DNA of 62,740 bases, counting the filler, from Globobulimina sp. (taxonomy: Eukaryota), in assembly GCA_003354225.1 (NCBI GenBank). It is 23 parts of 23 records of this genome, joined end to end, with 100 filler letters (N's around TTAATTAATTAA, not from the genome) between each part and the next. Parts side by side here need not be neighbours in the genome. Positions count along the whole stretch, not along the records: positions 21,871 to 24,503 come from PIVH01005608.1; positions 24,604 to 27,236 come from PIVH01005609.1; positions 27,337 to 29,969 come from PIVH01005610.1; positions 30,070 to 32,701 come from PIVH01005611.1; positions 32,802 to 35,433 come from PIVH01005612.1; positions 35,534 to 38,165 come from PIVH01005613.1; 17 more parts are not named here. One strand, 5' to 3'. Positions 23,298 through 35,758 of the stretch are shown one piece after another. The notes beneath the pieces are model-generated. The model saw nothing but the letters and a program-made list of their open reading frames with translations, did no database searches and was not told where the DNA came from. Positions within the stretch are counted from its first letter, which is position 1. Each line of letters begins with the position of its first letter. A program made the translations under genes and the position numbers.

Positions 23298-23578
23298 TTT
23301 ACAGTGTTCTATTTTTTTAATCCTCGCACTCAGTGCACAATTGGAAGATTCTCTCATTTACACACTCAATAATTATATACCATTACACCTTCCACATAAT
23401 TATTATGTCACTGTAAACATGATTTAATATTATTAATTATCTACGTTTTTGTATAATATATCTGATAATCATAACTGTCATCTCATTGAATACCTATAAT
23501 ATGTGGAAGATTTTGACGTGAAATAAAAGGACATTTTTTCTGTATTGTAAATATTTGTGTGTTAATTAATATTATTTT

Positions 23579-24503
23579 GTGTTGTGTGTTTATACAGTTA
23601 TGATTATGAATGGTTTTTATTTTGAGGTTACCGCAACATTACAGACATCAGTAAGATATACATTGATTACTATCATCGCCATGGCAAAATGGATTGCTTT
23701 CCTGTTTATTGTAAGCTATTATTCGTATTATGTTTGTAGTGCTGTCATGTTTTTGTTTATGATAATAATGTTTGTAGCTGTTAATGCCGATAATTATAAT
23801 TTAAATATGATGCAAAAAATTGTTGGCGGCCCCGGTACAGATTTTGGAAGAAGTGTATCCATTTATGATAACATTGCTGTGATCGGCGCAAGTTATGATA
23901 ATAATGGGATAGGTGCCGCATATATATATGAGCGAGTACATGGAGAATGGGGTCAAACAGCACAATTAGTTGCCAGTGCTGGTGCAAGATATGATTGGTT
24001 TGGCCATAGTGTATCCATTTATAATAACGCTGTGTTGATAGGCGCATCTGGTTCAGATTCCGCATATATATTTGAGAAAGTAAATGGAACATGGATTGAA
24101 ACAGCAAAATTAGTTGCTAGTGATGGTGCAGATGGTGATTCTTTTGGTTTTAGTGTATCCATTTGTAATAACATTGCTTTGGTGGGCGCATATCGTGGTG
24201 ATAGTTCTTCAGGTTCCGCCTATATATTTGAGAAAGTAAAAGAAAGATGGATTCAAACAGCAAAATTAGTTGCTAGTGGTGATCATTTTGGTCGTAGTGT
24301 ATCCATTTATAATAACACTGCTTTGGTGGGCGCACATGGTGATGGTAGTTATTCAGGCTCCGCATATATATTTGAGAAAGTAAATGAAACATGGATTGAA
24401 ACAGCAAAATTAGTTGCTAGTGATGGTGTAGCAGAGGATTACTTTGGACGAAGTGTATCCATTTATAATAACATTGCGTTGATAGGCGCAGATGGTGATG
24501 ATA
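23579..24503 (+). CDS. FG-GAP (integrin-alpha-like beta-propeller) repeat protein, truncated
   Basis: About 5 repeats of KLVASDG..D.FG.SVSIYNN.ALIGA..SGSAYIFEKVN.TW.ETA, also visible as DNA repeats. Confidence 0.9.
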
Positions 24504-24603
24504 NNNNNNNNNNNNNNNNNNNNNNNNNNNNNNNNNNNNNNNNNNNNTTAATTAATTAANNNNNNNNNNNNNNNNNNNNNNNNNNNNNNNNNNNNNNNNN
24601 NNN

Positions 24604-24960
24604 ACATTTACCAAAACACGAATTTAATAACGCACCAATCACTGCAGCCGCGGGCGTATAATACAATTTAATTATTTTCCAATATGGAATTACCATCCAA
24701 ATCAAGAAAAATTGTGCCATTCCCATGATCAATCCCCATACAAATGATAAGGCCACACCGACCACCATGGACATGCAATTAAAGCATCCTTTTTTGGTTC
24801 CACCATAACAGGTTTTTTGAAGCCGTCGTACAGCTTCATATTCGTCATCAATTTCTACAAATTGTTTTTCAAAATTAAGATTAAATGGATCTGCACTGTC
24901 GCCGGGGATTAATTGTGATTCAATGTCAATGTCGACATATGCTCTTTGTTTTTGTTTTTG
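24604..24960 (-). CDS. Membrane protein exon (fragment)
   Basis: Open frame with hydrophobic VVGVALSFVWGLIMGMAQFFLIWMVIPY; caveolin-like spacing but weak. Confidence 0.3.
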
Positions 24961-25722
24961 TAAATATTAAAGTTGTTAATATATTAAAATTAGTATATAT
25001 ATACTGTACGTTTTTTGCATGATGACTTGTTGGGTGTGGTCGAAAGAATGGTATTTGATTTTTGTGCGAGTAAAAGTTTTTGAGGGAAAACTGAAGAGAT
25101 CAAAGCATGTCATTTGTATTACTACATGTACAGTACTATGTAAATCAGCGCTTTTTGCATGATTAATATAATTCGGAATAGTATGGAAATATCGATTGGA
25201 TGTAAAAGTAATCAATCAATACTTTGTATTTATCACTTCAATTAATATTACTTTTCCCATACAATTGAATTTCTTTTATCGATCTACATTTGGAAAACAA
25301 TCCGATTTTGTTGTATTATATCTGTTATAAATTATATGATCATTAGTTTGCGTAAAATAATACAATTATTTTTAAATAATTATTGGAATCAAATTTTTAT
25401 TTTCTCCAAACTCACATGTTTCTACATTTTGAATTATAATTTGAAAGTCTTCACCACATTGCAATGTGGACCAAGTTAGGTGAACTTTGCAAATTTTTTT
25501 TCCTGATTATAATAGCACATAATTATTAATATGGATCTGTTAATTATGATAGATTCAATTAATACCTTTGTTTTTTGATAGGTTCACATTTGCTAATTTT
25601 TCTCTGTTTTCTTGCGCTGCATTGTTGTAATGGTATGACGGAAATGATGAGTTTGTCGTAGATTCCACTGAGTTTCCCATACTTTTGATGCAAAAATAAA
25701 AACTTTCAACTGCTATACTAAA

Positions 25723-26940
25723 ATGGGCACCACCATACCCTGCGAATGTTGTCTTGCGGCAACAACAACTGACCAACATTTAGACGACGATGACTCATCA
25801 ACAGCAACTGACGAACAACTACCATTAAACAACAAAACCGAAAAACGCCACGTTAACAGAAACAAACACAAAAAAGTAGCTGCACTCGATGACGAATCAT
25901 ATTTCTCCAGTTCTGAGGATACTGCATCCAAACAAGCAGCAGATATCCAACAAACTATCATGCAAAAATCACAAAACGAAGTCAATAAAATCAATAATAC
26001 GGATTTGCATGTAATGGATTCAAAAACCATGCAATTATTAATGGATATGGCCACACCGCAAGTACTCGCATATACTGCTTTGACGGTGGATGACGACGAT
26101 AATACCACACCGGCATTGCCACAGAACACAGAGTCAAAACACAATGAATTCGAACCATTACACAAAGCACTCGGTGGACTGGATTACGATTTGATTGCAC
26201 AAGACACAGAAATGAAACCTCTCGACCCGTTGCTCAAAGACGACAAAGATTTGAGCTATACTCGCATTAAAACAATAGCAGCGAAATCAGGTAAGCACAA
26301 TGCTGACTTTTCTGCATTTAATACATTTTAAAGTGTACAGTTGTGTAATTTTCGTGTTTGCGCATAAATAATTTGTATGCTGCAGTATATAATGCAACTT
26401 TTTCCAGCATAAACAATGCTGTTTGACACTGATTGAATTGTGGCGTATTATGCAGGTCAATCACCAGGACATCAAGAGATAGAAAGCCTTATTTTTAATG
26501 CGTATACCAATGCAAGTGAGGAACCTGAAGAAAGTGACGAGAGTTCGTACGAAGAACAGGAAAAGGCAGAAATTGAAATTTTAAGGCGAGAGACTGAGCA
26601 TTTGGATAAGAATAAGAAAGTGATTGAGGATATGGATGATTTGCAGGTGGCGATGATGAAGGCAATGGAAGCAATGAAAAAACAAAATTCAAAGGATATT
26701 GATGAGGAAGAAAGGGATATTGTGGATGTGCAGGATATTGAGAAACAAATTGTGATTGGATCAGGAACCTTGAATGGAAATGTCTGTGCGGATGGTCGTG
26801 GGAGTAAACAATCGCAATTATTGAGGAAAAAATCGGCGTATAAATGGAATAAGCAACGGTTAGTTGAGGAGAATGAAGATATGAGAGCTCATATGGTACA
26901 TTTGATGATTGCGCATCAGAGTTCGCTTGAAGATCTGTGA
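25723..26940 (+). CDS. Acidic hypothetical protein (two exons)
   Basis: Two long ORFs with a GTAAGC donor near 26291 and a GCAG acceptor near 26455. Confidence 0.5.
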
Positions 26941-27336
26941 TTTGTTGCACTTTGTACTTGAAAAAATATGGTTTAAATATGAATGCCATATTACTGTTCA
27001 TATTTGAAGTTTTATATAGATTTTCTCACTTCACTGCCCCCAAGAAATCAAAACAATAATGGCGTATCAACCTAAAACAAGAAATTGTAATTCCAACCTC
27101 TACGTTGTTGGTGATAATGGATATGGCCAATTGGGATTAAACCATACCAATCACATGTACATTAAACACGTCAAAGAAATCATCATATTGCTTATAATAT
27201 AACCACGCTTATACTGTAACCATCACACTTATAATANNNNNNNNNNNNNNNNNNNNNNNNNNNNNNNNNNNNNNNNNNNNTTAATTAATTAANNNNNNNN
27301 NNNNNNNNNNNNNNNNNNNNNNNNNNNNNNNNNNNN

Positions 27337-28766
27337 ACTTCGATCCGTTCGATATTGATCATTTTCCGATGCATGCTGACAAAGTGGAAAATAATTCGTT
27401 CATTCAAAATGATTTGCTATTACAGAATGTCGATAATGATATTGACAGTATCTGCGGTTTGATGGAGCTGCAGGACATCTTCACGTTGAATGATTCTCAA
27501 ACCCTCAACACATCCAACCAATTTCACGATAAATTCATGTCATGTCACAGGAATCGGGTGCGGCTGTGGCGTGCTATGATGGCGCGGAATGCATTGCCGA
27601 TGGAACCTATACCAACCTATGACCAGAACCGCATTGCTATTGTCCCAGAGATGACTGATTCAGTTTGTTTTGATGAACAACCGTCGCCACGTCAAGATTT
27701 TGACACATTTCAAGCAGATATGGCAGGCATCGATATTAAGAATAGAGTCATTTTTGATTGTTTAGACAGTAATTTGTCAAATCTCGACGACTCTGATGTT
27801 TGCAGGAATATTAACACTAAGTTGGACGACATTAATTTATCTCCCATTTTATCAACCAACGCGACTATGAAACAAACTTTGATGGATCAATTTTTATGTC
27901 ACGACAACCCACGGTTTACTGAATTATGTTTTGATGCGTTACATAATTCTATACCGGCACCAAATGATGCTGCAATTGTGAGTGCTGATGCCCGCCCATT
28001 GAATGGTTCCATTGATAATATTTATTCCAACAATGAATTATCACTCATTGACGAGAACGCAACGATGCCTGCTGACCATTCCATTACTAATGTTGTCATT
28101 CAACAACAATTATTGCCTCAACTCACACAGACAGATAATAGTAAGCAACGACGCAAAGTTAAATTCATTCCCACTTCGAATAACTTTATTAATAATCTTG
28201 CTGTTATTGCTGAGGAGGAACTAATAATTGATGAGCAAATCAAACATGATTTTATTCACTCCATTTTGGCCCAGGCTACGCCTCCAAATAACACCAACAT
28301 TAATCCCTCCATTATTCCATCAACAGCAATCACCAATCAATCACTCATTCAACCCCCAGTCGTTAGTATTAGTCCGCGGTTGCTATCCACCAACAGCACG
28401 CAACCTACATCCAAACCATTTCGTGCGAGGTCCACATTGACACCACACAACTTAACATATTTGAGGGACGCTTCCTATCATGCAACCCCTCCGATATCTC
28501 ATTTAATACCAGATTCTCAACAAAGTGACTTCAACCGATTCCAAAATGACATCTTTGATTCAGCATCAAATCAAGATAATCATACTGCACATTCTCAGAT
28601 TGTGAAACCTGAGACCAAAAAGGATATCGAATTCCGGAAATTTAAAGATTTGTGGCTGTTACATAACGAACCTGACCGTGCGCGTACTTTATTTGATGCA
28701 ATGTATGACTCTGGCTCAGATATCAACAATTTAGATGAGAAAGAATTAGAATTAGACCCAGAATAA
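27337..28766 (+). CDS. Intronless low-complexity hypothetical protein (5' truncated)
   Basis: 465-aa open frame rich in D/N/S/T/P; no motif recognised. Confidence 0.5.
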
Positions 28767-29393
28767 ATAGGTTCGCAATCTTCGTATTATGTATCTTATT
28801 AATTGATATTTCATCCACCCACTGATATTCATTCATTTTGTTCATTTTGATTATTATTATTTTTCAGCAATTTACTTTTATTGACACCTTTTTCATTTGA
28901 ATTAATTTAATTTATGGTCTAATTCTTCATCCATGTTATCTGTATCATTGATTTTTATTATTATTTTCGATACCATTATTGGATTGTTGTTTTGTCCGTG
29001 ATTTATTGTTTTTGACTATGATTAAGCAGTTCAATGGGTGGCTTTCTTATTATTATTATATATTATCTCAGTATATTATACTTTTCTTTTTATTTTTATA
29101 ATTTATAGAATCAGTATTCGATTGGATTCAGTTTGATTTTTACAATATATTTTCCTTTTATTTTCAATCATTTCTATTTCACTTCTTACTTTTTGTTTTT
29201 GTATCTATTTATTTTATATAGTGATTATTATTATTGATTGTCAGATATTTTCCTTAATCCATTCATTCTTTTCTCTATATTATTATTATATTATTTTGTT
29301 TGTATACATCGTTTGTATCTTTCTTATATTCTCACAGTGTTAAGCTTTTTAGTTTTAGTTTTTTTCATAAAACTATTTAACTTCAATTTACCT

Positions 29394-29428
29394 TTCCTGA
29401 CGAAGACAGCATTTGTCGAAACGTCGAA
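29394..29428 (+). ncRNA. Minimal type I hammerhead ribozyme (Penelope-like element type)
   Basis: TTC-CTGACGA-A-GAC(AGCATTT)GTC-GAAA-CGTC-GAA: core CUGANGA 29397-29403, stem II GAC/GTC, GAAA 29418-29421, palindromic ACGT stem III, predicted cleavage after C29425. Stem I is only 3 bp. Confidence 0.7.
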
Positions 29429-29529
29429 CTTTACAACTCGTTTAAAAGTAACCTCCCCTAGAAACAAACACCTTACAAACACCTTCAAATTTATCTATAT
29501 AGCCACTAAATAACTTGCCCTAATTTGTT

Positions 29530-29969
29530 TTGATAACATTTAGCCGCACATTTAGTAGCATTATTTGGGTGTGGTTACACCACGGCATCATGAATAATAA
29601 CATTAAAACTAATACAATGAAGCTATTTCGTAACGTATTAAAAAATTGCAGGTCTCGCGACCATTGTTATTATTCGTGGAGGAATCTCCCCCACCGTGAT
29701 AATTTAACGCCTTCGTTGATTAGTTATTCGAAGGCAAAGCTGTGCAGAAAGAAGAAATTTATTATTAAGTCATTATACGATTTCCATGAACCTGTCGATA
29801 TCCCTCACAATGTATTTGATCTTTATCGCAAATATCGATATTGTTTTAAGAAGATATTACAATATTCACATCATATCAACAACCTCACGCTATTTAAGAC
29901 GCAGTATATGGACACTTATTTATTACGCCAGCGCTGTAAACCTGTTTTAATTAATAACGCTTTATTAGG
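29530..29969 (+). mobile_element. Probable 5' end of a Penelope-like retroelement ORF (truncated)
   Basis: Starts just downstream of the hammerhead on the same strand. RKYRYCFKKILQYSHHINNLTLFK..LLRQRCKP resembles the N-terminal H..FL..C...P region of PLE ORFs. Confidence 0.45.
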
Positions 29970-30069
29970 NNNNNNNNNNNNNNNNNNNNNNNNNNNNNNN
30001 NNNNNNNNNNNNNTTAATTAATTAANNNNNNNNNNNNNNNNNNNNNNNNNNNNNNNNNNNNNNNNNNNN

Positions 30070-32670
30070 AAATAAACCGCTGTTGTGACGATGTATTAAC
30101 AACTTTTATAACTGACATACAAACTTCATTTGATATGGTCAGTGATACGGATGTGGTTTTTACCGATTTTTCAAAAGCGTATGATAGTGTGTGGCATAAT
30201 GGATTAATTTATAAATTGATAAAAAATAACATCAAAGGAAATATATTGAATGTTTTAGCCTCGTTCATACAAACTCGTTTTACAAAAGTTATAGCTAAAA
30301 AAGCAGAGTCAAATTGGGTGGCACAACCAATTGGTGTCCCTCAAGGATCTGCTCTCTCCCCTATACTATATATAATTTTTACAAATGATTTCAATCTACA
30401 ATTCCCGAATTTGTCCACTTTGCGTGCTTTGCAGATGATACTGCATTTTGGACAAGTCCAGGCACAAAAGACCCTCTCCGATACAAATTCCTCCAAAAAG
30501 AGCTTGATAATTTCAGTAATTGGTGTGATAAATGGCAACTTATAATTAATCCATCCAAATGCGCTTCGATGAATTTTTCTCATGGAAATCCTATGAAATA
30601 CTATCCTAAATACACAATTAAAATTGACTCAATTTCGCATAAACCCAATAAAATAAGTAAATACAATATCCATTCTATTCCAATCCAATACGAGATGTCT
30701 GCCAGATATCTGGGACTATGGTTTGATGAGAAACTTAATTTTAATGCTCATTTCGACAAAATTAAAGCCAAAACAATGCGTAGCTTCTGGCGATTATACT
30801 TTACTATTAAATCTGGAATAAAATTGACACCGTTATCCATTGCTATCCTCTACAAATCTTTAGCGAGATCCAGAATTGAGTTTGGATTAACTCATTACTT
30901 CCCGTATGACTCTAAAAATATACTTAGAACTCTCCAAAATAAATTCCTCCGATTGGCGATTCCATGTCGGTTAGATACACCTTATAAGAGCCCATTACCT
31001 CACCATGCGACAGCTCGCCAGAGCATACTACAATGATTCGTATCATCCATTGCATAAAACATATAATGCCTTATTAAAATACCAAACAACAATACAAAGT
31101 CATAAATATAGAAGAAATAATAAAAACAAACCAAATAAATATGTAAATTTGAATAAAAACCCACTAATAATTGCGTCCAAAGCCTGTCAAAATGACTCCC
31201 AAATAAAAGCATTAACTCAGAGATTTGAAACAATGAATAAAAGCCAAGTCACAGCCTCCCCTACGTATAACTTACGAACTCTCCCAACAAATTATGCTGT
31301 AATCCTTTCTCCCGCAACCCCCTCAATTCCAACTGATAAACTAATAACAATCTCATTTACAGATGGTTCATGTGACCATAATCCAGGCAAAGGAGGATCT
31401 GCAGCTTATATCCCCTCCCAAACATCACAAGAAACGCAATTCAAAAAAGTATATTTCTTTAAAATCCCAGTCACGATTACAACGGCAGAAATTGAGGCAA
31501 TCCATTTAATGATTGATTTCATTCTAAACTGTCCCAATAATGACGAAATCCATTACAAAATATATGTTGATAACTTACCGGTGCTCCAATTCATAAACGG
31601 ACTAAATTATCCACGATATAATGACACAAAAATAATAATTGAGAATATATTTATAAAACTCCTCCAAATCCAACATAATAAACCTAATATTTTTGTAACA
31701 TTCATCAAAATAAAATCACATAATAATCATGAATTTAATGATGAAGTGGATAAATTGGCAAACTTTGCAGCAAAACATACAAAGTTTGACCCAAACTTAT
31801 ATAATGAAATTACATATAATACGACAATTACGCAATTACATAAACAGATTAGATTCAAATGGAGCGAAAAATGGGCGAATAGAAACACGAAATCGACACA
31901 AGACAGCTACAAAATGTATAATAATAACCCAACCCTTCATAATAAATTAAACAGAATAACCAAATACTTAAATAAAGATGAATCAGCAATGTTAAATAGA
32001 ATAATTTCGGGCCACATTGAGTTAAATGCATTTTTATATAAACATAAATTTACAGATACTGATAAGTCTATTATTGAATCCCCGAATTGTAATAACTGTA
32101 ATTTAAATAAAAAAGAATCCATATTTCACTATTTTGTAAAATGTCCCAAATATTCTAACCAAAGACAACGACTAATGAATTCACTCAAATCAATATGGAA
32201 TGGATTTAATAATGGAGGCCGTGTGTATTTAGATGAGTTATTCTATCCATACACTATTAGACGACCTCCAGACATTGAGAGAGAGCTAGATATAGCCACT
32301 CAAGTAGAAATTTGGAAAAAACTTCTTCAATTTATTAAAGAAACTAAAAGATTCAGCTTCCTGTACCAAGTAGATCTAATGAATTTATCTCCGATCATTT
32401 CGGATTAGGAAACTATTGTACAATTTGTACTACTGTAGTTCCAAATATTTTTATTTACCTTTGTTCATTGGTCTCATCCCCAAATAAAAGGGCCTATATC
32501 CTTGTTTTGTGTGTATACTATTTAATTAGTGTTCCCTTCTTGTGTATAAGGTGGAATCTTTAATTGATTTCTTAGTGTTTTAAAGAAAAAAAAAAAAAAA
32601 AAATCTTAAAAACAAATGTAAATCCAAAAAAAAAAAAAAAATAAAATAAAAAAAAAAAAAAAAAAAAAAA

Positions 32671-32701
<31 letters not shown>
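30070..32701 (+). mobile_element. Non-LTR retrotransposon 3' half (RT + RNase H + CCHC + poly(A)), frameshifted
   Basis: RT: DFSKAYDSVWH, GVPQGSALSPILY, CFADD in a shifted frame near 30425, YLGLWFD. RNase H: FTDGS, AEIEAI, YVDN, KSH..NDEVDKLA. C-terminal CNNC..ESIFHYFVKC. Poly(A) at 32585-32701. Confidence 0.93.
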
Positions 32702-33370
32702 NNNNNNNNNNNNNNNNNNNNNNNNNNNNNNNNNNNNNNNNNNNNTTAATTAATTAANNNNNNNNNNNNNNNNNNNNNNNNNNNNNNNNNNNNNNNNNNN
32801 NATCAGGATGGTAATATTTAATTTTATGTTTTTTGTTATTGACATTTTTGACGTTGCCAGCACTTTTATATTGTACTTGGAGTGGAAGTATGATATCGAT
32901 TGTACGACGATTGAAAATGAGAAAACGTTTATTTTGTTGTTTGGGATTATTGGTTTAGTTCTTACAAATATGGAAATATATTTTAATTTTGAAGAAATAT
33001 TTACAGATAAAACCTTATTTTATGATAATAGGAATAATAAATATGATGTGAAGAATAAAGTTATTGGCGTAAAAAATAATAATTTTTTCCACAATATATT
33101 ATGTTGATGTAATATTGAGTTGATTTATCATAATTTGATCATTTTTTGATGATTTGATATCGCGATAAAATGGGTTGTAGTGCGAATTTTGAATTGGTTT
33201 TTTTTTTGTTTATTGTTTAAATTTAGTTTCCTTTCCATTTTTGACGATTACAATGTGTTTCCCGTTTGTGACGAAAAGTGTGAATGAAATGAGAATAAAA
33301 GTTTTCGCATTCCATTCGCATTCTATTCACATTCCATTCACAAAAACACTAATCCAGTTTCATCACTTCC

Positions 33371-34790
33371 ATGGGCAACGAAGCTGTTACCAGTCATCAT
33401 CAGCGTGGAATACCACCACCAGTCATCACTCTGAGACGTAGCAAGCGTAAATCATCCAAATGCGCGACTAAAAAGATTGAAAAACAATGTGATGATAAAC
33501 TAAATAAAACAATATCACATTATGGCTCGCATTATTATGAAATGGGAAAATATGATTACATCGATCATAATTTGAATGTATCATCGGCATCAAAGGACAA
33601 TTTTATTATTAAATATATGTGGCTGCCTCGAACTGAATTTAGTGACGAAAGTGACGCAAAATTCATCGGTATACCTGTGATTTGGGATGGATTGAATGGT
33701 GATTGTTATATTGAACGGTTAGATATTATTTTGGATTCGCATCACGATTTTTTAAAATGTGAACTGGATAAATTAGATATAAAACAAACATATGTTTGTT
33801 GCGAATATGCGGAAATAATGCAATCAATGCGTGAGTGGAGAAAGAGCGCCAAAGCCAAAGTTAAGTGTTTGTATGGCTTACATTGTATTATTTAAACTAA
33901 ATATATACAAATATATAGATGCAAAAATACAAAAAGGGACAAACAATATTATTAGACCCGCTATTATCAGAATATGCAAAGGAAAATCCATTGGCGAGAA
34001 TTACAAAGATTTGTAGACGAACATATAATTTCAATATCGATATTAAACATTTGAAAAATTTGGATGGTGTATTAAAGCCAATATCATCCACCGGCGGTAC
34101 CATTGACAGTAGCTCTATTCTTGAAATATTTAATAATGATTTGGATGCAATTAATTCATTAAACAAAGCGAAGAATGAACATAATATAATATTTGAGTGC
34201 AAAACATTAGCAGATCAAGAAATAAATGCACGTAGAATTGGGATTGATATCGATTACATTAAAAATTGTGCGAGATTGCAGGGATTAAAAGTTAATTTTT
34301 TTCCGTGTTAAATTTTTGATCCTTGCACTTATTTTGTTTGTTTGTCCATGTTCAGGATTGTGCCGCGGTGGAAGTACAACAAAAATTGATTTATTTGTGT
34401 ACAGCTCTTAATGGTAAATTAACTGAAACGATTTCAAAAAGAAATCGACGCAAAGGCAGACCCAATGTCTGCACAAAGATAACAATGAATTCAATGAATT
34501 TAGTCGGTTTTGGTATATTTCAAGCGATATCAAATGTAACTGAAGAAAAAGGTGATTTAATTCATTATACAAACTTGGATTGGGAAAAATTGTCTGAATA
34601 TGTTGGAATGGATTTGCTATATAAATATCAAAATGGAAAACAGATATATTATGCACATGATATAAATGGAAAGTATTCTAAAGGCACACATTTGTGTTAT
34701 TTTTATTTTACTGTAGTAAGATGGACACCTGCCGCAGCACACAGACATCGTATCATACCACCATTGGGAGATATAAACATAGACAAATAA
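33371..34790 (+). CDS. Hypothetical protein (probably three exons)
   Basis: ORFs 33371, 33919 and 34323 end at GTTAAG/GTTAAT donor-like sites and resume after TAG/CAG. Confidence 0.5.
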
Positions 34791-34982
34791 TTTAATTACG
34801 TTGTTTATTTAATTTAGTTTACTCAGATTCAGAATCACTTCCATCTCAAAATAAAACATAAAAAAACAAAAATCCATGACACAAGTCACTAAAATCACTC
34901 CATGACTCAAATAACAAAGTCCATGACTTATTGATATTGTTATATTGATGTTGATATTAGTTATTTATTCCGATATTATAAT

Positions 34983-35062
34983 TGAATGAAATTTATGACA
35001 GACGGGAAGCGAGGCGGCTTCGCCGCCTCTCCTCGCTCCCCCCCTGTCATAAATTTTATTCA
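34983..35062. repeat. 80-nt GC-cored hairpin
   Basis: 19-bp arms 34983-35001 and 35044-35062 (one G-T) enclose GAGGCGGC-TTC-GCCGCCTC. Confidence 0.85.
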
Positions 35063-35533
35063 TTAATAATATCATGGGCCTTTAATGTAATAGCCACAGT
35101 AAATGTTTTTTTAAAATCATCATAATTTAAGTTTTGAAGATGTTTCATATGATTTGCTATGCTACTTGCTTCTTTGCGAACATTTTTTGCCTTCTTTGCA
35201 GCGTCCCATCTTTTTTTGGCGGCAGCTTTTGAAGTTTCTGAAAAAAAAACAGATTTGAAAAAAATCGTCAAATTTGAAAAAATTACGTCACATTATTATT
35301 CATCATTTATTGTGATGAATACCCGCCAAGGAAAAAAAAGTTTGAATTGCGTGACTCTGCGAGTATTGAAGAATACCGTACTGACTTTTTTTTTTCATTT
35401 CATGCATACAACTTTTTTTTCTATGCATTTTCANNNNNNNNNNNNNNNNNNNNNNNNNNNNNNNNNNNNNNNNNNNNTTAATTAATTAANNNNNNNNNNN
35501 NNNNNNNNNNNNNNNNNNNNNNNNNNNNNNNNN

Positions 35534-35730
35534 TAGCGATCTCTGCTTTAATCTCGATTGTATCTCTGCCATGAACTACTCCTGCAAGTAGGTAAGAAAG
35601 TAAGATTACAACTTCTACAATGTAAATTCCAACTATAAGCTGGAATACAAAAGGTGGTATTGCTGATTCAATTTGGAAGAATGAGAAGGATTTCATCTTT
35701 TCCGGAATTGCAGTTCTTTCCCATGGAAAT
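35534..35730 (-). CDS. Fragment of archaeal-type T2SS-F/TadC-like membrane protein (chimeric end)
   Basis: IPPFVFQLIVGIYIVEVVILLSYLLAGVVHGRD resembles the C-terminus of archaeal pilus platform proteins; codon style differs from the neighbouring gene. Confidence 0.5.
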
Positions 35731-35758
35731 GTGCCGGTGAAGTTTCTTCATTCGAAGG

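Noticed and set aside
23820-24503. DNA repeats as a non-coding array
   Set aside because: Explained by FG-GAP protein repeats.
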